Assembly: GCA_964592195.1 (NCBI GenBank) | Contig: CAZQEI010000007.1 | Span: 5,082-69,081, forward strand | Direction: 5' to 3' | Length of the DNA: 64,000 bases | Source of the DNA: an uncultured Gammaproteobacteria bacterium | Lineage (GTDB): Bacteria > Patescibacteriota > Patescibacteriia > UBA11705 | Shown here: positions 1 to 7,741 of the stretch, in pieces | How positions within the stretch are numbered: the first letter of the stretch is position 1 | Layout of the letters: every line of letters starts with the position of its first letter | The notes under the pieces: model-generated | What the model saw: only the letters and a program-made list of their open reading frames with translations | Database searches by the model: none | What the model was told of the DNA's origin: nothing | Position numbers and translations under genes: made by a program

Positions 1-154
1 AGATTCTTCTTGTTCTTTACTAATTATATATGAACATCCGAGGTCTCTAAAGAGAACTTGGACAATCACTTTTTATTCAATTCTGATTAACAGAGAACTA
101 CTATATTATAACAAATTTTAAATAAATTGTCAATAGTGCTAATTTTGGCTAATT

Positions 155-463
155 TTATTTCTTTTCAGCCTTTTTAGCCGCAGCATCTTTTTTCTTCTTA
201 CTAATAGAGGACTTCTTTCTCTTGTCACCTTTGATTAACCCTTTGGTAATCATTAAGTTGTGTAAGGTGGCAGAAGGTTGAGCGCCGTGCTTCATCCAGT
301 ATTCGATGCGATCAGCTTTTAATTCAGCTTCTTTAGTGCGAGGATTGTAGTTACCAAGAATTTCGAGAGATTTACCCCACGGATCCTTTTGTTTATCAAC
401 GGCAATAATGCGGTAGTAGGGCATTTTTTTCTTGCCGGTACGACTGAAAATGAGTTTTACCAT
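155..463 (-). CDS. rpsP: 30S ribosomal protein S16
   Basis: MVKL..SRTGKKK.PYYRII..D, LEILGNYNP, RIEYW...GAQPS.T match S16 signatures; Lys-rich tail. Confidence 0.96.
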   Translation of the reverse strand: MVKLIFSRTGKKKMPYYRIIAVDKQKDPWGKSLEILGNYNPRTKEAELKADRIEYWMKHGAQPSATLHNLMITKGLIKGDKRKKSSISKKKKDAAAKKAEKK

Positions 464-741
464 AGAAAATTAAATAGAATTGCTTACAAAAATTTATATA
501 GATATAATAATGGTTTTTTATTATTAAGTCAAGCGTTGACAATATTCTCGTTGTTTGCTAATCTGGAGTCACTTTGTTCATTGATCTATGGTTGACAAAA
601 ATCAAAATTCGTGCTATAATGATAAGTTCTAAGATGAATAATGAGTTGTAGGGTATTTAAGTATTTTGCTAAAATTAGATAAATTTATTCCTGAGTAGAA
701 TATTTTAGCTAAAATACAACGAATAACTGCAATTCACTTGT

Positions 742-1356
742 ATGACAGACAGTTTAAGTCTTTATCGAAAAGCTGAGTGGAGGGAAAAATTTGTGCTCGT
801 AGCCGCATTGGTGGTATTTTTGGCTAATGTTTTAGTGCCTACCCCAACATTCGCTGCTGATGAACCTATTTTGACCAAAGACGGCGAAGTGGCGGATGAA
901 TTGCTTATTAAAAGTGCAACTCAAACTGATATTTTAACCATTAAGATGGACGAGGCCAAAGAACGTTTGGTGCAAATTCCAAAGACAAAGGTTAAAATTG
1001 ATTATAAAAAGAAGCTTGAAAAAAATCAGATGTATGTGACTACCACCGCTTACTCAAGCGAGAAAGCACAAACTGATGATACTCCTTGTATCACAGCCAA
1101 TGGTTTCGATGTTTGTGAAAACGATATTGAAAACGTGGTAGCTGCTAACTTCTTGAAGTTTGGTACCAAGGTCAAAATTCCTGATTTATTCGGTGATCGT
1201 ATCTTTACTGTTCAAGATAGAATGAATAAACGATATACCAAGCGTATGGATCTTTGGATGACCTCCAAACAACGTGCGAAAAACTATGGTATTCGATATG
1301 TAAAGATTGAAATCGTCAAAGATGAAAAAGTTGAATTAGCCATGAAAACTAAATAA
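742..1356 (+). CDS. 3D-domain (MltA/RlpA-like) cell-wall protein with N-terminal signal/TM segment
   Basis: TTTAYSS...TDDTPCITANG, VAANFLKFGTKVKI, VQDRM, RMDLWM motifs of the 3D domain; hydrophobic N-terminus. Confidence 0.85.
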   Translation: MTDSLSLYRKAEWREKFVLVAALVVFLANVLVPTPTFAADEPILTKDGEVADELLIKSATQTDILTIKMDEAKERLVQIPKTKVKIDYKKKLEKNQMYVTTTAYSSEKAQTDDTPCITANGFDVCENDIENVVAANFLKFGTKVKIPDLFGDRIFTVQDRMNKRYTKRMDLWMTSKQRAKNYGIRYVKIEIVKDEKVELAMKTK

Positions 1357-1382
1357 AGTTATTACAATTTGCGCAATACAAA

Positions 1383-1406
1383 GACCGCCTGAGGAGAGCG
1401 GTTTTT
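1383..1406 (+). terminator. Intrinsic terminator
   Basis: GACCGC...GCGGTT hairpin plus T-run after the 3D gene. Confidence 0.6.
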
Positions 1407-1581
1407 GATTAGAGAAAAGGAGAGAATGAAGAGAAAATGAGAGACAGGTGAAACGGGGGTGACGGGAGAAACGAGTGATGGAATTATTTGTTTAAATAAA
1501 TATTTCCGATTTTAGAATTTATGATTTTGGATTCAGTGCTTTATTGTGATCAATTTTCCATGATCAATGTTCAATGTACTG

Positions 1582-1648
1582 TTGACATTAACTACATTAA
1601 ATAATAAGATCCAAATACAAATTGTTCCTTTCAACCACCAACAAGGAG
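1582..1648 (+). promoter_or_regulatory. Sigma70 promoter, boxA-like motif and SD
   Basis: TTGACA(1582)-17nt-TAAGAT(1605); GTTCCTTTCAAC(1624); AAGGAG before ATG 1657. Confidence 0.7.
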
Positions 1649-1656
1649 TTGCCACG

Positions 1657-2073
1657 ATGGCGACGGAAGACAGAGCGCGCATGTTTTTGCGAAAGCTTTA
1701 TAGTTTAGACAATGATGGTGAGACACGATCCATGGAAGAATTAACTAGGCGAATGTTTGCGTATTTGAAGGGCAATAAGAAAACTGTGGCGACATTCAAG
1801 AAAAAGGTTATGCAAGAATTGGTTGAAACTTCAAATACATTTTTCATTGAGCAAATGCTTGAGAAAGTTGTCGAGTCATTTACTGATGCAGACTTGGATT
1901 TTATGCAACAATTCTTCGAGTCACCGTTGATCAAGAAATTGGTTAGTTTGCAGGATGAAATGGACGAAAATGATCATTCTCTTATCCCGTATATGGATGA
2001 AGCCATTGACCGATATGTTGAAGAAGCTAGATCTCTCAAATTACTGCCTCAAGATTTTCAATTGACTTCGTAA
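1657..2073 (+). CDS. Hypothetical protein, DUF2059-like
   Basis: FTDADLDFMQQFFESPLIKK resembles the DUF2059 core; start moved to the SD-preceded ATG 1657. Confidence 0.55.
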   Translation: MATEDRARMFLRKLYSLDNDGETRSMEELTRRMFAYLKGNKKTVATFKKKVMQELVETSNTFFIEQMLEKVVESFTDADLDFMQQFFESPLIKKLVSLQDEMDENDHSLIPYMDEAIDRYVEEARSLKLLPQDFQLTS

Positions 2074-2091
2074 AACAGAGGGAGACATATC

Positions 2092-2526
2092 ATGGCATCA
2101 CGCGAAAAAGCTTTGGCATTAATTGAAAAATCCGGAGCGCTGAAAGTCTACGATGTTGATTCTCCTGATATAATGGCTCTTCTTGGTACAATATTTCGAT
2201 CTTCTTTTGATCAATCGACTAGAGAATTTTTGATGGGAATAGGAAATAGATTGAGCGTTGCTTTGAAGACGAAAATGGCTGAATTGATGTTGCCTTGTTA
2301 CCTGGAACTGTATACAGATGATGAAATTGATGCGTTGTTGAAGTTCATGGAAATGCCAGAATGGGAGAAGTTCTTGACCACTACTCAAAAAACAAACAAA
2401 CTGGTGACACCTGAGTTTAATATCTATGTGGCTGGAATACGATCGGAATTTATTCGTGAAATAGCGGATTATTTTAAGCATAATGATGTGCTTGGGTTTG
2501 GGGGGAGAGAAGGGTTAATAAAGTAA
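2092..2526 (+). CDS. Hypothetical protein, DUF2059-like (probable paralog of upstream gene)
   Basis: YTDDEIDALLKFMEMPEWEKF; SD GAGGGAG; N-terminus parallels the upstream gene. Confidence 0.55.
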   Translation: MASREKALALIEKSGALKVYDVDSPDIMALLGTIFRSSFDQSTREFLMGIGNRLSVALKTKMAELMLPCYLELYTDDEIDALLKFMEMPEWEKFLTTTQKTNKLVTPEFNIYVAGIRSEFIREIADYFKHNDVLGFGGREGLIK

Positions 2527-2531
2527 ATATT

Positions 2532-2555
2532 GCCAACTAATAGGTTGGCTTTTTT
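2532..2555 (+). terminator. Intrinsic terminator
   Basis: GCCAAC/GTTGGC stem plus T6. Confidence 0.75.
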
Positions 2556-2580
2556 GTTCTACCAATAACAAATCGGCTAC

Positions 2581-2621
2581 GCCATATCATTCGATATGGC
2601 TGTCATGTCGGATGACATGAC
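2581..2621. repeat. Double-hairpin element (copy 1; related copy at 34140-34180)
   Basis: GCCATATC/GATATGGC followed by GTCATGTC/GACATGAC, inserted in a CTACG.AT array. Confidence 0.8.
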
Positions 2622-2736
2622 GTATCTACGAATATGAATCATAATGATTATGAGATTATTGACAGAGAATTGATAATGTGTTATTGTATTTTGTTGTTCA
2701 TTTCATGACCGAAAACCCCAAACGCAGGAGGCGCTG

Positions 2737-3204
2737 ATGAGTCGATTTAATCTGTTGATGATGGTTGGTCTGTTGGTGGCGTGTCAGCAAGAGATTCCGC
2801 AAATGCCGGCAGTCAAGTCATGTCCGACTGACGTTTCCATTGCTGGTGTTAGCAATAACAACTCGAACACTTTGATTTTTATTCAAGGAGCGGTCACGCA
2901 ACTGGATGTTTTGTATAAAGAAGGAAAGATTTCTGAAGCAGTCTATAAGGATGGTATTAATTATTTTTCTAATCAATTGAGTCTTTTTCTTCCGGGTATT
3001 GCGAATGAATCTTGTCGATTGGAAATAATCAGAAATTTGGATCTGAAAGAGTTTTTGACAGATGGATTGTTGGGCCGAATTGATCACTGGGCGTGGTATT
3101 GGCAGCTTTTGTCAGTTCTTATGTTGATGGTAATTGGTGGTCTTGTTGGTTACTATATTTATTATAGGATTTTGATGAAAGCATTGTTGGGTGCATTTAA
3201 GTAA
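2737..3204 (+). CDS. Hypothetical lipoprotein with C-terminal TM helix
   Basis: Lipobox-like LVAC; hydrophobic C-terminus; promoter TTGACA(2659)-17-TATTGT, SD AGGAGG. Confidence 0.6.
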   Translation: MSRFNLLMMVGLLVACQQEIPQMPAVKSCPTDVSIAGVSNNNSNTLIFIQGAVTQLDVLYKEGKISEAVYKDGINYFSNQLSLFLPGIANESCRLEIIRNLDLKEFLTDGLLGRIDHWAWYWQLLSVLMLMVIGGLVGYYIYYRILMKALLGAFK

Positions 3205-3210
3205 AATATT

Positions 3211-3236
3211 GCTCGCTGAATTCAGCGAGTTTTTTG
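3211..3236 (+). terminator. Intrinsic terminator
   Basis: CTCGCTG/CAGCGAG stem plus T-run. Confidence 0.75.
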
Positions 3237-3368
3237 TTCTACGGATCTACGAATCTGCTACAGATACTACGGATATGAAAGTAAAAAGTTTTCTTTACAA
3301 AATGATGTTTTTCCATTATAATCTTTTTGTTCGATGATCAATGATTCATGATCAATGATTTATGTTAC

Positions 3369-3661
3369 GGCCAGATAGCCCCCTCTTCGCTTGTTCCTTC
3401 GCCAAGGCTACGGAACATAAAGAAGCTTCGAGGGGCAGGCAAGTGGTAAGGCAACGGTCCACGCCCAGACTCTCGAGAGAGGCTGAGTGCAAAACCGTTA
3501 TCACAATAAATTAAATCGAGGCCACGTAGCCAAGTGGTAAGGCAACGGTCTGCAAAACCGTCATACACCGGTTCAACCCCGGTCGTGGCCTCCAAAATTC
3601 AATAAGGGTTCTCCCGCAGTGCGGGATCCGCCTTCGGCGGAGATTCCCGTTCTGGCCTCCA
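3369..3661 (+). pseudogene. Interrupted outer tRNA-Cys(GCA) gene in five segments, enclosing the intact tRNA-Cys
   Basis: 3369-3380 + 3441-3459 + 3488-3504 + 3606-3611 + 3642-3661 join into a canonical 74-nt tRNA-Cys with all stems paired. Confidence 0.85.
3520..3594 (+). tRNA. tRNA-Cys(GCA)
   Basis: Acceptor GGCCACG/CGTGGCC, anticodon arm ACGGT-CTGCAAA-ACCGT, T arm ACCGG-TTCAACC-CCGGT, U73, encoded CCA. Confidence 0.97.
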
Positions 3662-3776
3662 GTTTAACAAAGAGTATAAAGAGATAATGAGAATGAAGAG
3701 ATAAGAGAGATAATGGGGGAATGAAATTTTTTTACATAAACAAAAAACTCACCGGTTGGTGAGTGTTTATTTTATA

Positions 3777-4811
3777 TTAAGCCACGGCTTTGGCGAGCTT
3801 ATATTCACGCAGTTGTGTGAGTCGCTTGCGTAGTTTTTCAATTTCTTGTTTTACTAATTCATTTTCAATCATCGTGGCTTCGCTATTGCCGTCTTTCTCG
3901 AGATGGCATTCAGCGATTCTTAGAATTTCATTGAGAGATTCTTCAGAATAATTATTTTCTAACGAAGCTTCCAAGTTCTCGCGAACGGTTTTAACATGTG
4001 CGGAAGGTTTAAATTCTTTTTGAGAACGATCATTCAATGCCAGAATGGCAGGAATAATAGTCGTAGCCACAAAGTAATTTTCATCTCGAGTTGCACGACT
4101 GAGTTGATTTTCACACGCTTTAAGTTTACAAATCAATTCGTAGTTTTGGCGTGCGTTGTCAAGAGCAAACCCAAGAGTATTGTCGAGGTTTTCCTTGAAA
4201 TTCATCCTCAATAACAAAGAAGGGTAAACTGATTGAATTCCATTGCAGTCAATAACTAGTTTTTCAGCAATGCGATTGAATCGGAGGATTCTAAGAAGAG
4301 CCAGGCCAGATTGATAGAAATCATGTTCCATTTGAGGCACAACCACGATTGCCCCTTTGTGAAACAGCCCATAGACCGGCACACGGATATACCACATAAA
4401 AGTAAACATCTCAGGTTTGGAATTTTCCAGCGATCGATGAGAATGATCAATCCTGGGATCGAAATAAAAGTATTGACGTTCGGTTTCGTTCTTGGGTCTG
4501 TGGAGCAAGGGTTTTACTTTGTGCAAATGAACATTGCCTTCTTTGTCCATACAAAAGTAGGTATTTTTGTCGACAATGATTTTAATCATTTCGCGAGCGA
4601 AAAAGGTCAAGCATAGAAAAAAGAAAGTAAATACACCTGCTTTTACCGCCATTTCCTCTGTTTCAAGCATGTAAGTAAAGATGAAGAAAGCGAATCCTAA
4701 AACAAATACAATCGTCAAAATTAATCCAAGAAAGAGTAGACCAACTTCAGTAGGAAATGGTAATTTATGGGCATCTTCGCAATCTCGACACCATTTCAAC
4801 TGATTTTTCAT
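3777..4811 (-). CDS. Hypothetical membrane protein (2 TM) with C-terminal coiled coil
   Basis: Long ORF; start moved to ATG 4811 after SD GGGAGG; two hydrophobic helices. Confidence 0.65.
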   Translation of the reverse strand: MKNQLKWCRDCEDAHKLPFPTEVGLLFLGLILTIVFVLGFAFFIFTYMLETEEMAVKAGVFTFFFLCLTFFAREMIKIIVDKNTYFCMDKEGNVHLHKVKPLLHRPKNETERQYFYFDPRIDHSHRSLENSKPEMFTFMWYIRVPVYGLFHKGAIVVVPQMEHDFYQSGLALLRILRFNRIAEKLVIDCNGIQSVYPSLLLRMNFKENLDNTLGFALDNARQNYELICKLKACENQLSRATRDENYFVATTIIPAILALNDRSQKEFKPSAHVKTVRENLEASLENNYSEESLNEILRIAECHLEKDGNSEATMIENELVKQEIEKLRKRLTQLREYKLAKAVA

Positions 4812-4980
4812 CCCAAACCTCCCTTCTTGCCGATACCATGACCGGCCAAGAAAGTGCCTGCCATCGACCATCCCCGCACCTGCGAGGCATTTCGACTCAG
4901 GCGTCAATACCTAAATTGTTAAAGTTCGTGCTGGTGATCGGATTTAGTAGGTTAACATGCCGTTGATTGTTGGTCAAGTT

Positions 4981-5140
4981 TAGCGATTAGTAACCGGTAA
5001 CCAGTAACCAGTAACTTGTAATATGTAAATTGTAATAAGTAGCCTGTAACTGGTAACTAGTAAATAGTAATCGTTTCACGTTTTACGTATCACGTATACC
5101 GTATTACGCTTTACGAATATCGATTTACGAATCACGAATA
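4981..5140 (+). repeat. Composite degenerate heptamer array
   Basis: (GTAACC[AG])n-type arm followed by (TTACGAA/TATCACG)n-type arm. Confidence 0.85.
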
Positions 5141-5181
5141 ATGAAAAAAGAAAAAACCCTCGCAATGCGGGGGTGTGAAAT

Positions 5182-5583
5182 TTACGCGGCTTTGGGCTGT
5201 TTGGCACTTGAAATGAGAGTGACGAGCTTCCATTTGTTCGGTTCAGGGGTGTGTTGTGGAGGTAGAGGTGGTCGGCGACGTTCAGCTTCTTCTTCTCTCA
5301 TGACTTCAGTCTCAGTCGGACCAAAGGCCGGATGTTGTTCAGTCTGAGTGGTGGCAAGAACAGGAGGAGGTTCAACTTTTTCAACTTTGGTCACCAAGTC
5401 TCTCACAATTTTCAGATTTTTGTTTATCGTTGCATTCAGGTTTGATTTTACAACGTAGAAAATTACCAGAAGAATAATAATCCCAAAAGCATAAAGGAAA
5501 ATGTAAGTCTGATTGGTCTGGACATACTGAAGAAATTTTTCACCATAGATCGGAAGTGTATCAATGAATCCAGTTTCTTCCAT
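5182..5583 (-). CDS. Hypothetical single-TM protein with Pro-rich tail
   Basis: SD AGGAGGG; one hydrophobic helix; terminator-like hairpin near 5155-5178. Confidence 0.6.
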   Translation of the reverse strand: MEETGFIDTLPIYGEKFLQYVQTNQTYIFLYAFGIIILLVIFYVVKSNLNATINKNLKIVRDLVTKVEKVEPPPVLATTQTEQHPAFGPTETEVMREEEAERRRPPLPPQHTPEPNKWKLVTLISSAKQPKAA

Positions 5584-5601
5584 GATGTCCCTCCTGGTGT
5601 T

Positions 5602-5853
5602 TTAGGGTCTGCCGTTGTATTGGATGTCGGCAATATGAATGCCAGAGTCGGAATGGAAACCAGGCTTACTGACCCAATTGAGATAGACTTCTTTCGGTGG
5701 TTCTGCTGACTTGGGTGTATCGTGGCAATGACATTTGTCTGATCGGTTATAAATAGAAAGAATGGCATGGCATTGAGGGTGAGAGCAACGACGACCGCTT
5801 GGCATGGTGGCAACTTTTCTTCCGTTTACGATCTCGAATCCATCGGCTACCAT
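5602..5853 (-). CDS. Small putative zinc-finger protein
   Basis: RRCSHPQCHAILSIYNRSDKCHCH; SD AAGGAGG before ATG 5853. Confidence 0.6.
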   Translation of the reverse strand: MVADGFEIVNGRKVATMPSGRRCSHPQCHAILSIYNRSDKCHCHDTPKSAEPPKEVYLNWVSKPGFHSDSGIHIADIQYNGRP

Positions 5854-6030
5854 GATTCCTCCTTTTTTATCCTCCATAGCTTAAGCGAAGGAGGATTCGG
5901 GCCTTTTGCCCATATTGTGGTTGAAAAGAACTGATTGCTAATTGTATTATACAAATAAAATTGGTTATATTCAAATCTTGAAATAACTTAGAAGTATAGG
6001 ATATTTTGGTAGCTTTGTCAATGATTTGAA

Positions 6031-6120
6031 ATTACGAATGTACGAATTTGTTGCGAATGTTTACGAATTATATCTTTAGTTATTCGCAAGAATTCGTATG
6101 TGATTCGTATATTCGTAATG
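6031..6120. repeat. Inverted ACGAAT/ATTCGT-unit element (MITE-like), copy 1 of 4
   Basis: Left arm of four (A/G/T)CGAAT units and right arm of four ATTCG units; relatives at 37273, 51408, 54616. Confidence 0.75.
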
Positions 6121-6141
6121 TAAAAATGAGGCTCGTTGGCC

Positions 6142-6366
6142 TCAATGTTTGACTTTGTCATATTTCCTTGTATATTCTTTGCGTTTTGCAGGTGGTGGGG
6201 CGTTAATTTTATCAGTTAATTCCTGCTGCAAACAAGCATAACATTTGTCGTTGGGATTGTACCGGGAAAGTTTTCTTTTACAATTCTTGCATTGACGATT
6301 GGCGGGGTGAACTCCATGTTCTAGTATGTCATACGTTGTCGGGTCATCCTTCAATCCTTTACGCAT
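6142..6366 (-). CDS. Small putative zinc-finger protein (paralogous motif to 5602-5853)
   Basis: RQCKNCKRKLSRYNPNDKCYAC; SD GGAGG. Confidence 0.6.
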   Translation of the reverse strand: MRKGLKDDPTTYDILEHGVHPANRQCKNCKRKLSRYNPNDKCYACLQQELTDKINAPPPAKRKEYTRKYDKVKH

Positions 6367-6518
6367 GATGGCCCTCCAGCGTTTTGTGTATTTTAATCAT
6401 ATCAAACCAACTTGAAATAGCAATTAGTCTTGCCCTGAATTGTTAATTGACAAATGTTAAAAATAGGTTAAGATAATCTTGTCCTTTGACATTTAAACAA
6501 CGGGGGAGGGTGCGAGTC

Positions 6519-7550
6519 ATGCCTCACGAGTTGAAGATTTTTGCAGGGAATTCGCATTTGGATTTTTCGCGTGGAGTTGCTAAAATCCTGAATCGACCAC
6601 TGCATGAACCGAGTATGGAAGATAGAAAAGGCAAGATGGTAACTTGGTTTAGCAACCAAAATGTATTGGTCGATATTAAGACGCATGTTCGTGGTGAACA
6701 TTGTTTCGTAATTCAAACTCAAGCACCAAATGTCAGTGAACATATTATTGAGTTGTTGTGGATGGTGAATGCATTACGAACATCAAAGGCCAAGTCTGTT
6801 ATCGCTGTTATGCCGTATATGCCCTACATTCGTTCTGATAAGAAAGATCATCCTCGAGCTTGTATTGGTGCCAAGTTGTTTGCACAGTTACTCGAAACAG
6901 CTGGCGTTACTGGTGTTTTGATTATGGATCCACACTTTGATCAAATTCATGGATTTTTCAACGAAATAAATACAAACGTCGATGTTCTTCGTTCAAAACC
7001 AATTTTTGCTCATTATATCAGAGCAAATTATGATTTGAGTAATGCGGTTGTCGTGGCTGCTGATGCTGGCGGAACGAAACGAGCCGCGTCTCAAGTGAAT
7101 TTGTTGGAATTGAGTATGGCGGTAATTGATAAAAAGCGCAAAGATGACTCTGAAGACCCGATTCCAAGTGGTATTGTTGGTGATGTTTCTGGTAAAGACG
7201 CCTTTATTTTTGAAGATGAGAGTGCTTCATTGAAAACAATTTTGAAATCAGCGGCTTACTTAAAAGAAGTTTGTGGAGTTAGAAGTGTTAGAGCCTGTGT
7301 TACTCATCCGGTTTTAAGTGTTTTGTCTGCGATCAAGAAAATGCACGAAGGAACTCATGTTGATCAGATGATCGTGTGTAATACAATTCCTGTCCCTCCA
7401 GAAAAACAGAATGACAAAATTGTAGTTATTCCCGTTGAAGAATATTTCGCCAGAGCAATTGATTTGATTTACCGTGGTGAATCGGTTGATGAGTACAAAC
7501 ACAACCTTTATCAAGGTCTGCCAAACACTGAATCAATCACAGTTTATTAA
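6519..7550 (+). CDS. prs: Ribose-phosphate pyrophosphokinase (divergent PRPP loop)
   Basis: KIFAGNSH, VRGEHCFVIQT, MPYMPYIRSDKK, ADAGG, IDKKR, GDVSGK, CVTHPVLS, NTIP. Confidence 0.9.
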   Translation: MPHELKIFAGNSHLDFSRGVAKILNRPLHEPSMEDRKGKMVTWFSNQNVLVDIKTHVRGEHCFVIQTQAPNVSEHIIELLWMVNALRTSKAKSVIAVMPYMPYIRSDKKDHPRACIGAKLFAQLLETAGVTGVLIMDPHFDQIHGFFNEINTNVDVLRSKPIFAHYIRANYDLSNAVVVAADAGGTKRAASQVNLLELSMAVIDKKRKDDSEDPIPSGIVGDVSGKDAFIFEDESASLKTILKSAAYLKEVCGVRSVRACVTHPVLSVLSAIKKMHEGTHVDQMIVCNTIPVPPEKQNDKIVVIPVEEYFARAIDLIYRGESVDEYKHNLYQGLPNTESITVY

Positions 7551-7559
7551 TTAACATTA

Positions 7560-7583
7560 GCAGTGAAAACACTGCTTTTTTTT
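7560..7583 (+). terminator. Intrinsic terminator
   Basis: GCAGTG/CACTGC stem plus T-run. Confidence 0.75.
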
Positions 7584-7741
7584 ATTGTTAAATTTTGATA
7601 TAATTAGAAGGCTATAAACGTAGCGAGTTTTTGTGTTTTGGTATACATGTAAAAGAGTAAAGTTTTAGAATAAAATAATTATTATGGTTTAATTTTGATA
7701 CTTAGAAACTTACCAACTTATAAACTGACAAACTTCAAGAT

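Noticed and set aside
1-69. Possible gene start on the minus strand at the window edge
   Set aside because: A promoter-like TTGACA-16-TATAAT is present, but only about 23 codons are visible and unrecognisable.
1567-3236. Integron cassette array
   Set aside because: Genes carry their own promoters and terminators, hairpins lack RYYYAAC/GTTRRRY attC ends, and there is no integrase.
3460-3487. Group I intron or archaeal BHB intron in the anticodon loop
   Set aside because: At 28 nt it is far too short for a group I ribozyme, and I could not identify a convincing bulge-helix-bulge; the mechanism is left open.
3365-3595. 76-aa minus-strand ORF, and ORFs at 57519, 57798 and 58025
   Set aside because: They overlap tRNA genes and hairpin repeats; shadow frames.
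4981-5140. Heptamer and other arrays as CRISPR
   Set aside because: No constant 25-40 nt repeat with unique spacers, and no cas genes in the window.
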